A stretch of 40,525 bases of DNA, from assembly GCF_001194135.2 (NCBI RefSeq), contig NC_069004.1, positions 36,039,551 to 36,080,075 on the forward strand, read 5' to 3'. Of this stretch, positions 1 through 11,986 are shown piece by piece (the first letter of the stretch is position 1; each line of letters opens with the position of its first letter). The stretch comes from Octopus bimaculoides. Taxonomy: Eukaryota. The notes beneath the pieces were generated by a model. It worked only from the letters and a program-made list of their open reading frames with translations, was not told the DNA's origin and ran no database searches. Both the position numbers and the translations under genes were made by a program.

Positions 1-204
1 CTGTGCTGAGGAACCCATCTGTCAGTTGAAATCTCAAAGAGTGAAGGAAATCGCGTGCGCGCGCAAACACACACACACACACACATCGCTACGCGAGTTG
101 TCGTGCTTGTCAGCATCAAGCCTTCCATCTTCCCCCACTCCCTCTCTGTCACATACACTTTCTCGCTCGCTATCTTGATATACATGTGTGTGTGTGTGTG
201 TGTG

Positions 205-521
205 GCCGATCTAGTTAGTCATCTCTGTCTCTCTCTCTCTCTCTCTCTCAGCTGATCCGATCAACGGAACAGCTTGTTCGTGAAATTAACATGCAAGTGG
301 CTGAGCACTCCACAGACACGTGCACCTCAGGTAGATTCAGCGTGACACAGAGTGTGACAAGGCTGCCCTTTCAAACACAGGTACAACTCATTTTTGGCAG
401 CTGAGTGGACTGGAACAATGTGAAATAAAGTGTCTTGCTCAAGGACACAACGCGTCGCCGGGAATTGAACTCACAACCATACGACCGTAAGCGGAATGCG
501 CTAACCACTGAGCCACGCGCC
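205..521 (-). mobile_element. tRNA-derived SINE with CORE-like segment
   Basis: The minus strand shows A-box TGGCTCAGTGG (515-505), B-box GTTCAATTCC (470-461), then tgtccttgagcaagacactt. It ends in a microsatellite. Confidence 0.8.
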
Positions 522-954
522 TTCGCACACACACACGTGTGAGTGTGTGTGTGTGTGCGTCTGAATGTATGATATACAATCCTTTACTCATTCGCAGCCT
601 CTCCCGCTTCTACACTCATTCTGTGAATATATCTGTCTGTCTGTCTCTCTCTCTCCCCCTCTCTCACTCTCCTCAAACACATACATACATATATAATTAA
701 AACAAAAATGAGCGAAGAAAAGTTACTCAGAGTAACCAATATCATGGATTTGGATAAAATGAAAAGAGAAAATCATAACAAATTACCATATCATATGAAT
801 TCTTGATCTACTAAAACGATCTTGGCTTCGAGAGAAAATAAACAAGGACCTAACGGTAACTGCAACCCACTCTAAGTGAGAAAGGGCGATAATCTCAAAC
901 AATCAACAATTCTCCAGAATTAAGACACACACAAACACGCATATATACATATAC

Positions 955-998
<44 letters not shown>

Positions 999-1202
999 AA
1001 TAATGAAGATAAACGAGCGACAATGATGAGTAAGGGAATGAGAGAGTAAAAGTGAGAAAGTAGAAAGCAGACTTTTTTTGATATTTAACAGGTAAATAAA
1101 TTGCACATCAGATATACACAGCTTTCGGCCAGAGTAAAAAAAAAAGTTCGACTGGGAACTACAGAAATTATCAAAAGAAGAAGTTTTATATAAGATGAAA
1201 TT

Positions 1203-1298
<96 letters not shown>

Positions 1299-2412
1299 GG
1301 TGGGGAGAAGAAACAGAAAAATAAAATAAATAAATTCAAAAGAATTTGGTCAAAGATTCGCTCCTCATCCGCATCCTCCTCCTCTTAGTATTATCAGGCA
1401 AGAACCTCCGCTACTGACTTGAAGACATCCTCACATCCAAATATCAACAATGGCCACATAACAGTATCACGGACGGTAGAAGACGAGAGTTGAAGGTAAA
1501 AGAGTGAGTTTGATAGACTGAAAGGTCAAACGTTCTGTTGAAAGACGGATTAGAATTGGACCTAACGAGATATTGTTGGGTGAGTGGGTTTAAATAAAAA
1601 GAGGAAGAATAAGAAGGGAGAGACGGGGAGAGGAAGATAAAGAGGAATAAAGATATCCAAGATATCTACACAGCCCCCACTGCTCGCCAACGATTGATTG
1701 TAGATAAAGAATGATTGTGAGGCCTTACACACACACACACACATACACGTATGTATGTATGTATGTATGCCTGTATATATGTATATATGATAGATAGAGT
1801 TTATTTAGTCTGGTCCAGTGGTCTCTTACTCTGGACTAACCTAAATCAAGCACTCTGTTTATGCTTGTATTGAGTACTTCGTCTCCAGATCATTACCCTA
1901 TTATATATGTCTGTGTGTGTGTATGTGTATCTATGTGTGTGTAAGCGTGTATGTGTATCTATTCGTCTGTGTGTATGTGTATGTATGTACAGATGTTAAG
2001 ATAAATAAACATGTACCTAGACAGACTCCAAGACCGACAGACACAGACAGACAGACAGACAGACAGATAGATAGATAGCAACAAACGAATACAACTAGTT
2101 CCAATATAGCAAAATAAATGAATAAATAAAGGAAATAAATAAATAAATATAGAAAGAAAGAAAGAATCAATGAATGAAAGAAAGAAAAGTAAGCAAATTT
2201 ATGTTAGTATTATGTAAAAATTTGCCAGTGTATATGTCGGCAGCCATATTGGTTCAATTCAGAAAGTATGGACCGGAAGATCGATGTAACTTTTGATAGG
2301 AAAATAATCCGGAGTGAAAAGAATGTTTAAATATAACCGGAAGTTAACATTGATTGACTGAGCAAAACGAGTGGAACTTTCGACAATCTGTAATAATATG
2401 TGTGCCTGAATA

Positions 2413-2417
<5 letters not shown>

Positions 2418-2495
<78 letters not shown>

Positions 2496-3195
2496 GAGAG
2501 AGAAAGAGAGAGAGAGATGGGGGAGGGGTCAGGAAAAAAAGGCGAAGAAGAAATATTAAAAGAAATGATGGGCAAAAAAAAAGCGAAATAAAAGCAGAGA
2601 TATAAAATGAACGAAATTAGAAGAAAAGAAAGGAAAATTGAAATTTGAAGGAAAGGAAAAATAAAAATAAACAAAAGACGAAAGAGAGCAAAAGAAGAAA
2701 GAATACAATATTGAAAGAAAGAGAAAATGAATGAAGGAAAGAGAAAATGAAAAAATATTGATAGAAATGTAAGAATGAAAAGAAAAAAAAAGGAATGGAA
2801 TATTGCAAGAAATAGAAACCAGGAAAGAAAAGAATAACCGAAGATAGTATTTAACACACACACACACACACACACACAAGGGGAAAAAAACGAGTAAAGA
2901 AAGAAAGCAAAGAAGAAAGACAGCAAAAGAGTTAAAAACAAAAATAAGAAAAAGATCAAAGGGAAAATAATGAAATGCAACAAAGAGGAAAAAGATCAAG
3001 AAAGAAAGAAAGAAAGAACGATGAAAAGTAATAAAGAAGGAGAACAAAGAAAAGAAAGAGAGGGGAGAAAGATAACAAATAAAAAATAAAATGAATGAAA
3101 TTAAAAAAAAGGAAGAAGCAAAAGTAAATAACGGAAGACAGTAATTTATCTCTATCTATCTATCTATCTATCTATCTATATATATATATATATAT

Positions 3196-3240
<45 letters not shown>

Positions 3241-3360
3241 TAGGCAGACAAACAGACAGAGAAATATAGAAAGGAGGAAAAGGAAAAGTTAAGAAAGAAT
3301 CAAAGAAAGAAAGGAAGAAAATAAAGAGAAAATGAGAGAGAGAGAGAGACGAGGGAGGTA
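2418..3360. repeat. (GA)n, A-rich low-complexity and (TATC)n/(TA)n/(GATA)n block
   Basis: Directly visible; the source of spurious F/L/S-rich minus-strand ORFs. Confidence 0.9.
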
Positions 3361-3840
3361 AAAAAAAAGCAGGTGAGCGATGTTGTAAAGAGGCGCCATC
3401 TGTCAGAAGTTGTATCAAACAATGAATTCATTAAGGCAGACGACATAATTACAACTTTTCACCATTGATGTCCGCCGTATCGACATTTTAGCTTTCCATC
3501 AACTAAATTTCAACTGCTAACAACATTATCATTGTCGTTGTCGTCATAATGATTATTAGCAACAACAAACAACAACAAATGAAACCACAAACAGCAGCAG
3601 CAGTAGTATCTTCGCCATCTTGACTTTCATATTTCACTGATAAAAAAATCACATCGCCTGTTTACTTTTCTTCCATTTTAGTAATGAAGTGGTTATATAG
3701 AATGGCGGCAGCCTTGGTGGTGGTGATGGGGGAGAAGAGACGATTCGCCTCTGGGGCAATAGGTTTCATTTGTCTACCTACCATCTTACCTCTCTCTCCC
3801 TCTCTTTCTCTATCTATCTATCTATCTATCTATCTAAGTG

Positions 3841-4190
3841 CAGACATGGCTGTGTGGTAAGAGACAAGCTTCTCAAGCACGTGGTTCCGAGTTCAGTCCT
3901 ACTGAGTGGCACCCTAGCAAGGGTATTCTACTATAGACGCAGTCCAACTAAAGCCTTATGAGTGGATTTGATAGACGGAAATAAGTGCGCGTAACTCCGT
4001 CTCCCAACACTGCTTAACAACTGGTCCACGCCCTCGCCACTTAGCGGTTCGGTATAAAAGAGCAATAGATGAAGTAGCATGCTTAAAAATTAAGCACTGG
4101 GGTCGGTTCGTTGGACTAAACCCTTCAAGGCGGTGCCCCAGCATGGGCGCAGTCTAATGACTGAAACAAGTAAAAGATAAAAAAAGATAT
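3841..4190 (+). mobile_element. tRNA-derived SINE, family A (most abundant in the window), near full length
   Basis: A-box-like TGGCTGTGTGG, B-box-like GTTCAGTCC, body (aaagcc..gagtggattt..agacggaaa) and tail (ctgaaacaagtaaaaga) are shared with several other copies. Confidence 0.8.
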
Positions 4191-5514
4191 ATAAATCTAT
4201 GAGCGTATGCAGACACATGCATATAAGACGCAGACACATATATGTGTGTGTGTGTGTTTGTGTGTAAACGATAAAAGAAGGTACACAGTACATGGTAGAG
4301 TTTATTAATTGATTCGAAGCCGAGGCATCACAAAGTCGCTCGTCTCTGCTATTCCTGTCGATAGAGTGATGTCGGAATAAAGCCTCAACTCAATATTAAA
4401 TCATGCAGTGACAATTAGAACAGAAAGATACAATATAAAATTGATTTTAGTTTTCTTTCCTGCTCACGAAAAAAAAAAAAAAAATGTAAATCTCATGCTC
4501 TCGATCTAGCCATTGGTATCGTCTGCTGGATAATTAATTTGTAAGAAGAGACTGATGACATCATACTTGTTTTGATGCCGATAAAATACAAACCTAGCAC
4601 AAAGTGACATAAGACTCTAGAAGTCGACAACTGCTTAAAATAAAATCGTAAACGTGATTTTTAAGCAGCAATGTGCCCAGCTGAGCGTTAAGATGTTGTC
4701 ATGTCAACTTTCGTAGTCAAAAATTTAAGCGGTTTATATTTCGTGTGTGAGTGTGTGTTTTTAGAACTGAGAAAATGGCACCAGTAAAGAATTCAGCAGA
4801 TGAACCGGGCAATAACAGAAGAAAAGGCAGAGTATTTTGAACTTTTTCAGTCGTGCTATAATCCCACCCATACAAAAACTGAATCGGGTTCATTAGCAAC
4901 CGAGAACATGAGAGTTTATGTAGAGATAGGCAAGATGCAATCAGTCGCAGAGTGTCTGGAAATGAGATGAACAGAACTTGTTTCGTATCTCGTGGATTCT
5001 GTGGAAAGCATTAATTACATATTCACAATAGAGTGATGTAAACTGAGGCAGTTTACAAGTGCTGTGCTTTACAAAAGATGTCTTGTTTGTGTTGAATAAT
5101 TTCACCACAAGCTTTAGTTTGGCAACATTACAATCGTGAAGCTTGCAAAAATCGTTGAGAAACTACTGTAGAAGAGGCTGGAAGAAGGCCCAGTTGTCTG
5201 ATGGAAAAGAAGTTCACACTGAAAATATTCCTATGGATTGTCAAGAGAAATCAATATGTTGCAGAAGTTTTGGTGCCAAACATTACACAAGATGCGATTT
5301 CTACCACTGGAACTTTGGTCCAGCACTATGATGAAGGACTGGCTTTAGTTGTAATTGGTCAATAACCACGAACTCAACTGAAGATTTCGTATCCAAGATA
5401 CTGCTAAAATGTTTCTTTAAAACCAAAATTTGGTAACTCAAAAGTAGCTCGCTGTTTGCTTTTTGTTGTAAGGACGTGGCATAGTCAGCCCAGGGTCCAT
5501 ATTCATTCAGGAAA

Positions 5515-5566
5515 GAAGAAGAAGAAGAAGAAGAAGAAGAAGAAGAAGAAGAAGAAGAAGAAGAAG
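5515..5566. repeat. (GAA)n trinucleotide microsatellite
   Basis: About 17 uninterrupted units. Confidence 0.95.
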
Positions 5567-5666
5567 CGAGAGAAAGAGGAAAACGCCTGTTCGACGACAG
5601 CAAACACAAAAAGAACGAGAGAGATAGAGAGGGAGGTGGAGGGAGGGAGGAGATTAGAAAAAAGAG

Positions 5667-6112
5667 NNNNNNNNNNNNNNNNNNNNNNNNNNNNNNNNNN
5701 NNNNNNNNNNNNNNNNNNNNNNNNNNNNNNNNNNNNNNNNNNNNNNNNNNNNNNNNNNNNNNNNNNNNNNNNNNNNNNNNNNNNNNNNNNNNNNNNNNNN
5801 NNNNNNNNNNNNNNNNNNNNNNNNNNNNNNNNNNNNNNNNNNNNNNNNNNNNNNNNNNNNNNNNNNNNNNNNNNNNNNNNNNNNNNNNNNNNNNNNNNNN
5901 NNNNNNNNNNNNNNNNNNNNNNNNNNNNNNNNNNNNNNNNNNNNNNNNNNNNNNNNNNNNNNNNNNNNNNNNNNNNNNNNNNNNNNNNNNNNNNNNNNNN
6001 NNNNNNNNNNNNNNNNNNNNNNNNNNNNNNNNNNNNNNNNNNNNNNNNNNNNNNNNNNNNNNNNNNNNNNNNNNNNNNNNNNNNNNNNNNNNNNNNNNNN
6101 NNNNNNNNNNNN
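5667..6112. other. Assembly gap (N-run)
   Basis: Other gaps: 9408-9450, 10497-10539, 13435-13605, 16515-16640, 17551-17662, 20504-20908, 25370-25599. Confidence 1.
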
Positions 6113-6164
<52 letters not shown>

Positions 6165-6276
6165 GCTAGAAAGATTGATGAGTGTATGCTAGTAGACGCA
6201 TGTATCTACATGCATTATATATGTATAGACGGAATAGACGGATGTATGTGTGCATGCGTGCGTGCGTGCGCTTATG

Positions 6277-6308
<32 letters not shown>

Positions 6309-6328
6309 GATGGATGGATGTGCATTTA

Positions 6329-7170
6329 TACAGAATGACCCCCCACAAAAAAAAAAAAAAAAAAGAAAGAACCCATAAAAATGTCATTAAATCCTACAAA
6401 GGTCCAGCAAATTTCTTGAAATTTGTTGGACTTAAACTTCGGTCTGTGTACGATCATCCCCTTTGCATAAAACATGCTTCAAATATCCTCCGCGGCGCTG
6501 GAGGCACATTTGCAGGCTTCGATCAAAAAATCGTGAATTACTCGAACACGTTCCTCTTTGGGGATTTCCCTGATTTCTGCTGTGATTCCTGCCTTCAGTT
6601 CACCAATCGTTTCAGGGTTCTTCTGGTAGACATCATCCTTGAGATACTCCCACAGATAAAAATCTGTGGTGTTCAGATCCGGTGAATGCGGTGCCCATTC
6701 AACGTCACACTTCCTGCTGATCACTCTCACCTGAAATCGCTCTCTCAGCCAGGCTAGGGAGTCATTTGACGCAGGGTGGTGGTGGTGGGGACCCGTTTTG
6801 CTGGAACTACTGTTCATCTCAATCTATCCCCCTGCGTCGTCCCAGTGATGCCCAAGACGTCCTCAGTCCTGCCACATAGCGCTCCGTATTCACCGTTTGA
6901 GCTCTCTCATTTTTGTCTTCGAACCAATATGGGCCAATTATGCCATGTTTAGAGACTGCTACCCATGCTGTGCACTTTGTTGTGTGTAACGACCTCTGAA
7001 ACACTTCCTCCGGTGCGGATGTACCCCAATAAACATTATTTTTGCTGTTTACATGCCAAATACGATCCAAGAAGTTTGGATTGTCTTCGATTGTCTCACA
7101 AAACCATTCCCACGTGGTTATGCGTTTTTCTATGTCTGCCTTTGTAAGTTTTACGTTCATTATTTTTCCT
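6329..7170 (-). mobile_element. Decayed Tc1/mariner-superfamily transposon, probably DD41D (rosa/Visitor-like)
   Basis: ORFs 6819..7160 and 6479..6817 give HVNSKNNVYWG, KCTAWVA..GIIGPYWFE, RVISRK.DVEWAPHSPDLN..DFYLW and LKDDVY. Stops, a frameshift and a D-to-N change are present. A TA+CAGAATGACCCC TIR-like end lies near 6329; the other end was not identified. Confidence 0.85.
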
Positions 7171-8269
7171 TCTTAGAAGAAATATTTTTTCAATTACTTT
7201 CAAGGTTTCTCAGCTTTTATCATTCCTTGATTCTTTCATCTGAGTTTCTTCATCCCCCCCCCCACTCACACCCCATATTTATTATTTCCTTCAATTTCTC
7301 TTTGAAATATTTCCCATTCTCATTCCACTATTGCAATAGTTCTTTCTCATTCGTTTACATTATTTCTTGAAACTTTTCTCTTACTTCAATATTTCCTCAA
7401 CTCCAACTCACCTACCACCTTTTTAATAGGGTCTTTCATTCAACATTTTATTACTATCATGGTTTAAACCTTTCTTTGTCCTTTATTCTCCATCTTCCAT
7501 TCACTCAAGTCCCTTTTTCTTAAAATAACAAAACAAAAAAAGCATACGACACTTGTGCTATCTTCTGCCATTTCATGTCACTCCATATTAACTTCACGAC
7601 AATCACAAAATCACTCAGCAAAAACGTCGTCGGATTAACGACGGTTTGATGTCAGATTAACGATGGTTTACTTTGTTGCTTTTCGAAACTAATTCTTTAT
7701 TGCATGACTCTCTCCCCCTGCCATCGCTTTCTCTGTTTCAGTCTCTCTCTCTCTCATCCACTCTCTAACTCTCTTTTCCCGTCTCCTGAACAATCTATCA
7801 CTCATTTCCGGTCTCAGGTCCCCACCCCAAACTCGTTTCCTATGAAAGTTCTTTCACACTTTCTTCATCTTCCTTCTACTACTACTTCTTCTTCTGTCCT
7901 TTTATACGTGATGGTGCAGCAGTTCTGTGAGTATTACGCCTGTAAAAGCGACGAGATGGTCACGGTTGCTCCATCAGTTGAATGAGGGAAAGTCAACAAA
8001 GAAAGCATCAGACAGTCACGTTTCTTTAATGCCCTCTATGACTGATGAAGTTTACAAACAATAAGTCCGTTTCCTGGTCGATGCCAAGGTTTCCACTATG
8101 TCTGTTGAAGAAAAGGGTTTGCGATTTACATTCCTTGGTGCTTGTTGTGAAGACAACTGGTAGTTAGGGGAGAGAGAGAGGGGAGAGGGGGAGAGAGAGA
8201 AAGAGAGAGACACACATACAGAAGCGAGAGAGATCTATGTAGAACTGCTGCAACTAACAGAAATAATAC

Positions 8270-9110
8270 TACACCGTGGAAATATGGGGTTCGGGAATTC
8301 AAAAATGGTAGAAAGTCTACAACTGATGAAGGAAAATCTAGCCACTCTCAAGATTTTCACGAAACTTTCAAAGCAGAAAAGCGATAAATTGGTGTCACGT
8401 GACTCTTATAAACAGAGTGGAGAATATCATGAAAGATGTTGGTCATTTTTCTGCCGAAATACTGGAATTGACCTGTTTCAACTGCCGTGATTGTGGTAAG
8501 GAACCCTGAAGTACTTTATCTCACCTACAATGTAGGAATTTCAAATTTGATGATACCATGAAACTACCTACTTGTCATCCAGCCTGTAAATATCGTCCAA
8601 AGAAAAGCCAAGAAATAGAAAAGATCAATGAAGTTTTTACTTTCTTTGGGGATGGTCAGTGTGCTTGTAATCTTGTTCGGGTCGCTGATTAAACCATCAG
8701 GTCGAATGTAGGTTGTAGGGGGGGGGAGGAGAAAAAGACGTGATCGCAGAAACATATTACTTTAATATCTTCACAACAGTTCCTTCCTACACACAGCTGG
8801 TGCCTTTCTGTTTCTTATTGAAGCTACTGGCTTCGCTGTTCTGTTACAATCCGTCGTATAGCTTGCATCTGTCTTCAGGCAGCTTCGGGATGTTTCGTAC
8901 TATTAAGCTACATTCAGTAGGATACCTTTTTGAAAACTAAGAAGAGTTTAAGCAAACAGTAGAACAGATCTTCGACAACGGTAGATGAGATTTCTTTGAA
9001 AGAAACCGGTGATGGATAAGCAGAAATGTGGTGACTCGTTTGAATATCGTGAGCAGAAATGATAGCGCTACATGGAGTTCTTTGAGAATGCAAATTTAAT
9101 CATTCAGACA
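8270..9110 (+). mobile_element. Possible very old mariner relic
   Basis: VREFKNGRKSTTDE (about 8290-8330) resembles the mariner HTH end. EEFKQTVEQIF...DFFER (about 8940-9010) resembles the C-terminus. The middle is unrecognisable and no TIRs were found. Confidence 0.35.
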
Positions 9111-9618
9111 TTGCATTCATTAAAACAACAGTCTGTATACACTTTCACACACACACACACCTATTTTTTCATAACTAAAATGTCAGTTTTAATTTTACAA
9201 CATTATTAATTCTTATGTACCACTAATGTAGAACACACACACGCTCCCCCCCCCCGTCTGTTCCTTTGACTACCCTTCTGTCTCACTTTCTTCCAGTCCC
9301 TCTCATTCTCTGTGCCACCATTCCCCTTTCTTTTGCTGTTTCCTCTTACATTTCCTTTTCCCTTCTCTCTTCCAACCTATCTATCTACCTATCTATCTTA
9401 TATATATNNNNNNNNNNNNNNNNNNNNNNNNNNNNNNNNNNNNNNNNNNNTATATATATTTGACTTGCTGTCTGGTTATTTGTACACGCGCGCGCGCACG
9501 CATAATTACACCCGACACACACGCGTGTGATGTTTGTATCTGCTTGTTTGTCTGGTAGTTTACATTGAGAGTACGACAAACAGACAGACAGATAAATAGA
9601 TCAATACATGGATATAAA

Positions 9619-9904
9619 GATAGCTTCGGGCCGACCAAAGCCTTGCGAGTGGATTTGGTAGACGGAAACTGAAAGAAGACCGTCGTATATGTGTGTGTGT
9701 GTGTGTTTGTCTCCCCAACATCGCTTGACAACCGATGTTAGTGTGTTTACGTCCCCCGTAACTTAGCGGTTCGGCAAAAGAGAACGATAGAATAAGTATT
9801 AGGCTTACAAAGAATAAGTCCTGGAGTCGATTTACTCGACTAAAGGCGGTGCTCTATCATGGCCGCAGTCAAATGATTGAAACAAATAAAAGAATACAAG
9901 AATA
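9619..9904 (+). mobile_element. SINE family A, 5'-truncated, CpG-intact copy
   Basis: Body and tail align by eye with 3841-4190. Confidence 0.8.
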
Positions 9905-9943
9905 TCTATATATCTATCTATATTTATATCTATTATAATTATG

Positions 9944-10051
9944 GGTGTCTAAAAGATACCACCATACTAAATATAGCAGCCAAAACTTGACTCTAAAACC
10001 ACAGTCAAATTTTGGCTGCTATATCTAGCATGATGGCATCTTTTAGATACC
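9944..10051. repeat. Hairpin-forming inverted repeat (MITE-like)
   Basis: Arms 9944-9992 and 10003-10051 (49 bp, 6 transition mismatches), 10-nt loop. Weaker extension to 9932-10063. Confidence 0.9.
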
Positions 10052-10456
10052 TTTAACTATAATTTTAATAATAATTATTACCTCTGAGGTTTTTATTCCC
10101 ATGCTAGCCTCCTGATATGATCGGTATTTTAAATAACGACCTTATCCTTATTAATATAAATTTCTCTCTCTCTCTCTCTCTCTCTTATATATATATATAA
10201 AACTTACTGTTAATTTGTGTTCGTGGGAAGAACCATTTTAACGATGCGTACTGCCTTAATTCTTCGAAACGCCGGAGTTTTAATGGTGGCAGCTGATGAA
10301 GGGGATGTTTCTATGTGGCCTGCTTGTTTGTTGCACCTTGTTTACCATTTTGTCCTTGTTCTTTTGCCACGTCATGTACCCAGTTATGTATCTATATGTA
10401 CATGTAGATGAACGTATATACATACATGTACATATTTATGCATATACTCATATATT

Positions 10457-10496
<40 letters not shown>

Positions 10497-10620
10497 NNNN
10501 NNNNNNNNNNNNNNNNNNNNNNNNNNNNNNNNNNNNNNNGTAGACAGACAGATAGATAGATAAGTAGACAGACAGACAGATAGCTAGATAAGTAGACAGA
10601 CAGACAGATAGCTAGATAAG

Positions 10621-10696
<76 letters not shown>

Positions 10697-11439
10697 AACA
10701 AAGTAGAAAAAGAAAAGATGAAAAAGATTTCTAAGGAAATATGTCTGAACGAAACTGTCAAACTGATTATATTAGCAGACGTCGAAATCATTTCACGAAT
10801 TTTGTTCATTTTTATAGGAGTAATAATAATGGTAGCAGTTGTTACTGATATGAGTATACCCAAACACACACACACGCACAGGCAGTAATACACAAAGCGA
10901 AAGATGAAAGAATGATTTTCGTTAAATTTACACATGTTCATTTGATAAAATGTCTGCTGCTTCTTCATAGTGTCGTCTGACAAATGACTAGCTAACTACT
11001 TCCGGTTAGATCATTTCATCAAATCGGTAAATGCTTCATTTCCGCTACACAGAGCTCAATGTCTCTTTGACTTCTTTCGCTCTTTCTCTCTCTCTATCTC
11101 CTGTTTACTTTTATGCCTATCTTCTCTCTATGCTTTTTCGTCTCTACTTCATGATTTCTCTTTTTTCCCTTCTTCTTCCTCTCATTTTTCTCCTTAGTTT
11201 ACTATTTCTCATCTCTGCCTCAAGCTCAATATTTTCTCATTCTCTACTTTGTCTTCCTGTCCACTATTTTCTTTCAGTCTTCACCTTTGCCATCAACTCT
11301 CTTCATCCTTAACTAGCTTTAATCTCTCCCTATCTCTCATCCAATATACATACATATTATACTTAACGAATAAATATATTGGCTGGAATATGTTGCAATG
11401 TTACATTTAACATTTGCACGTCTAATCCTATATATAAAA

Positions 11440-11629
11440 TACGAGGGGGTGCCGAAAAATTCCTGACCTTAAGAGTATCGTGAAAGGCCCAACAATCCAA
11501 GCTTAGAAAAACTGAAGGACCGCTGCAAAAGTGTGTGAACCCGAGAGGGGAATATGTTGAATAAAATCAGAATTAATTGGTTCTCTTGTATTTTACCCCA
11601 AACCAGGAACTTTTCAGTACATTCCCTTA
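11440..11629 (+). mobile_element. Internally deleted mariner (MITE-like)
   Basis: Left end TA-CGAGGGGGTGCCGAAAAATTCCTG and degenerate inverse CAGGAACTTTTCAGTAC. The interior encodes a mariner C-terminus (LEKLKDRCK/CVNPRGEYVE*) with a 1-nt frameshift. Confidence 0.8.
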
Positions 11630-11928
11630 TATGCAGAGAACGATTTCTAATTCAGTTGTAAGGTTACGTAAATCAAGAGCAGAGAACTCCATGCATCACA
11701 GATGCCATGAACGAAACTTTAGGCCCTTAAATCACTTATTACAGCCGAACAAAGTGTATGTGCGCGCTTGAAACCAAATATTTCGATGAATTTTTTATGC
11801 ATTTTATATTCCCACGATAAAGGAATCTGACCTACAAAAATCTGTCCTCCACTTTGATCTATATTTCGCTCATATAGGGCACTAATTAGATACGCTGCAG
11901 CAAAGGGTCTTCTTTTTTTCTTTTTATT

Positions 11929-11986
<58 letters not shown>

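Noticed and set aside
430-521. tRNA gene-like A and B boxes
   Set aside because: It continues into a SINE body and lacks a complete cloverleaf; called as a SINE head, not a tRNA.
3555-3622. Minus-strand AAGATGGCG start giving signal-peptide-like MAKILLLLLFVVSFVVVCCC*
   Set aside because: Hydrophobicity comes from (CTG)n/(GTT)n repeats, it stops after 20 codons, and there is no credible donor.
4900-5450. Unique-looking sequence with partly open frames in all three plus frames
   Set aside because: Every frame is interrupted by stops and no motif is recognisable.
7960-8760. Exon-like minus-strand segments (LSSQQAPRNVNRKPFSSTDIVETL...; DPNKITSTLTIPKESKNFIDLF...)
   Set aside because: No recognisable homology and poor or ambiguous splice signals; they cannot be assembled into a gene.
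10250-10320. GAAAC and CTGATGA hammerhead-ribozyme core motifs close together
   Set aside because: I could not build stems I-III in any permutation; at most a decayed Penelope-type remnant. CTGATGA at about 14710 likewise lacks a GAAA partner.
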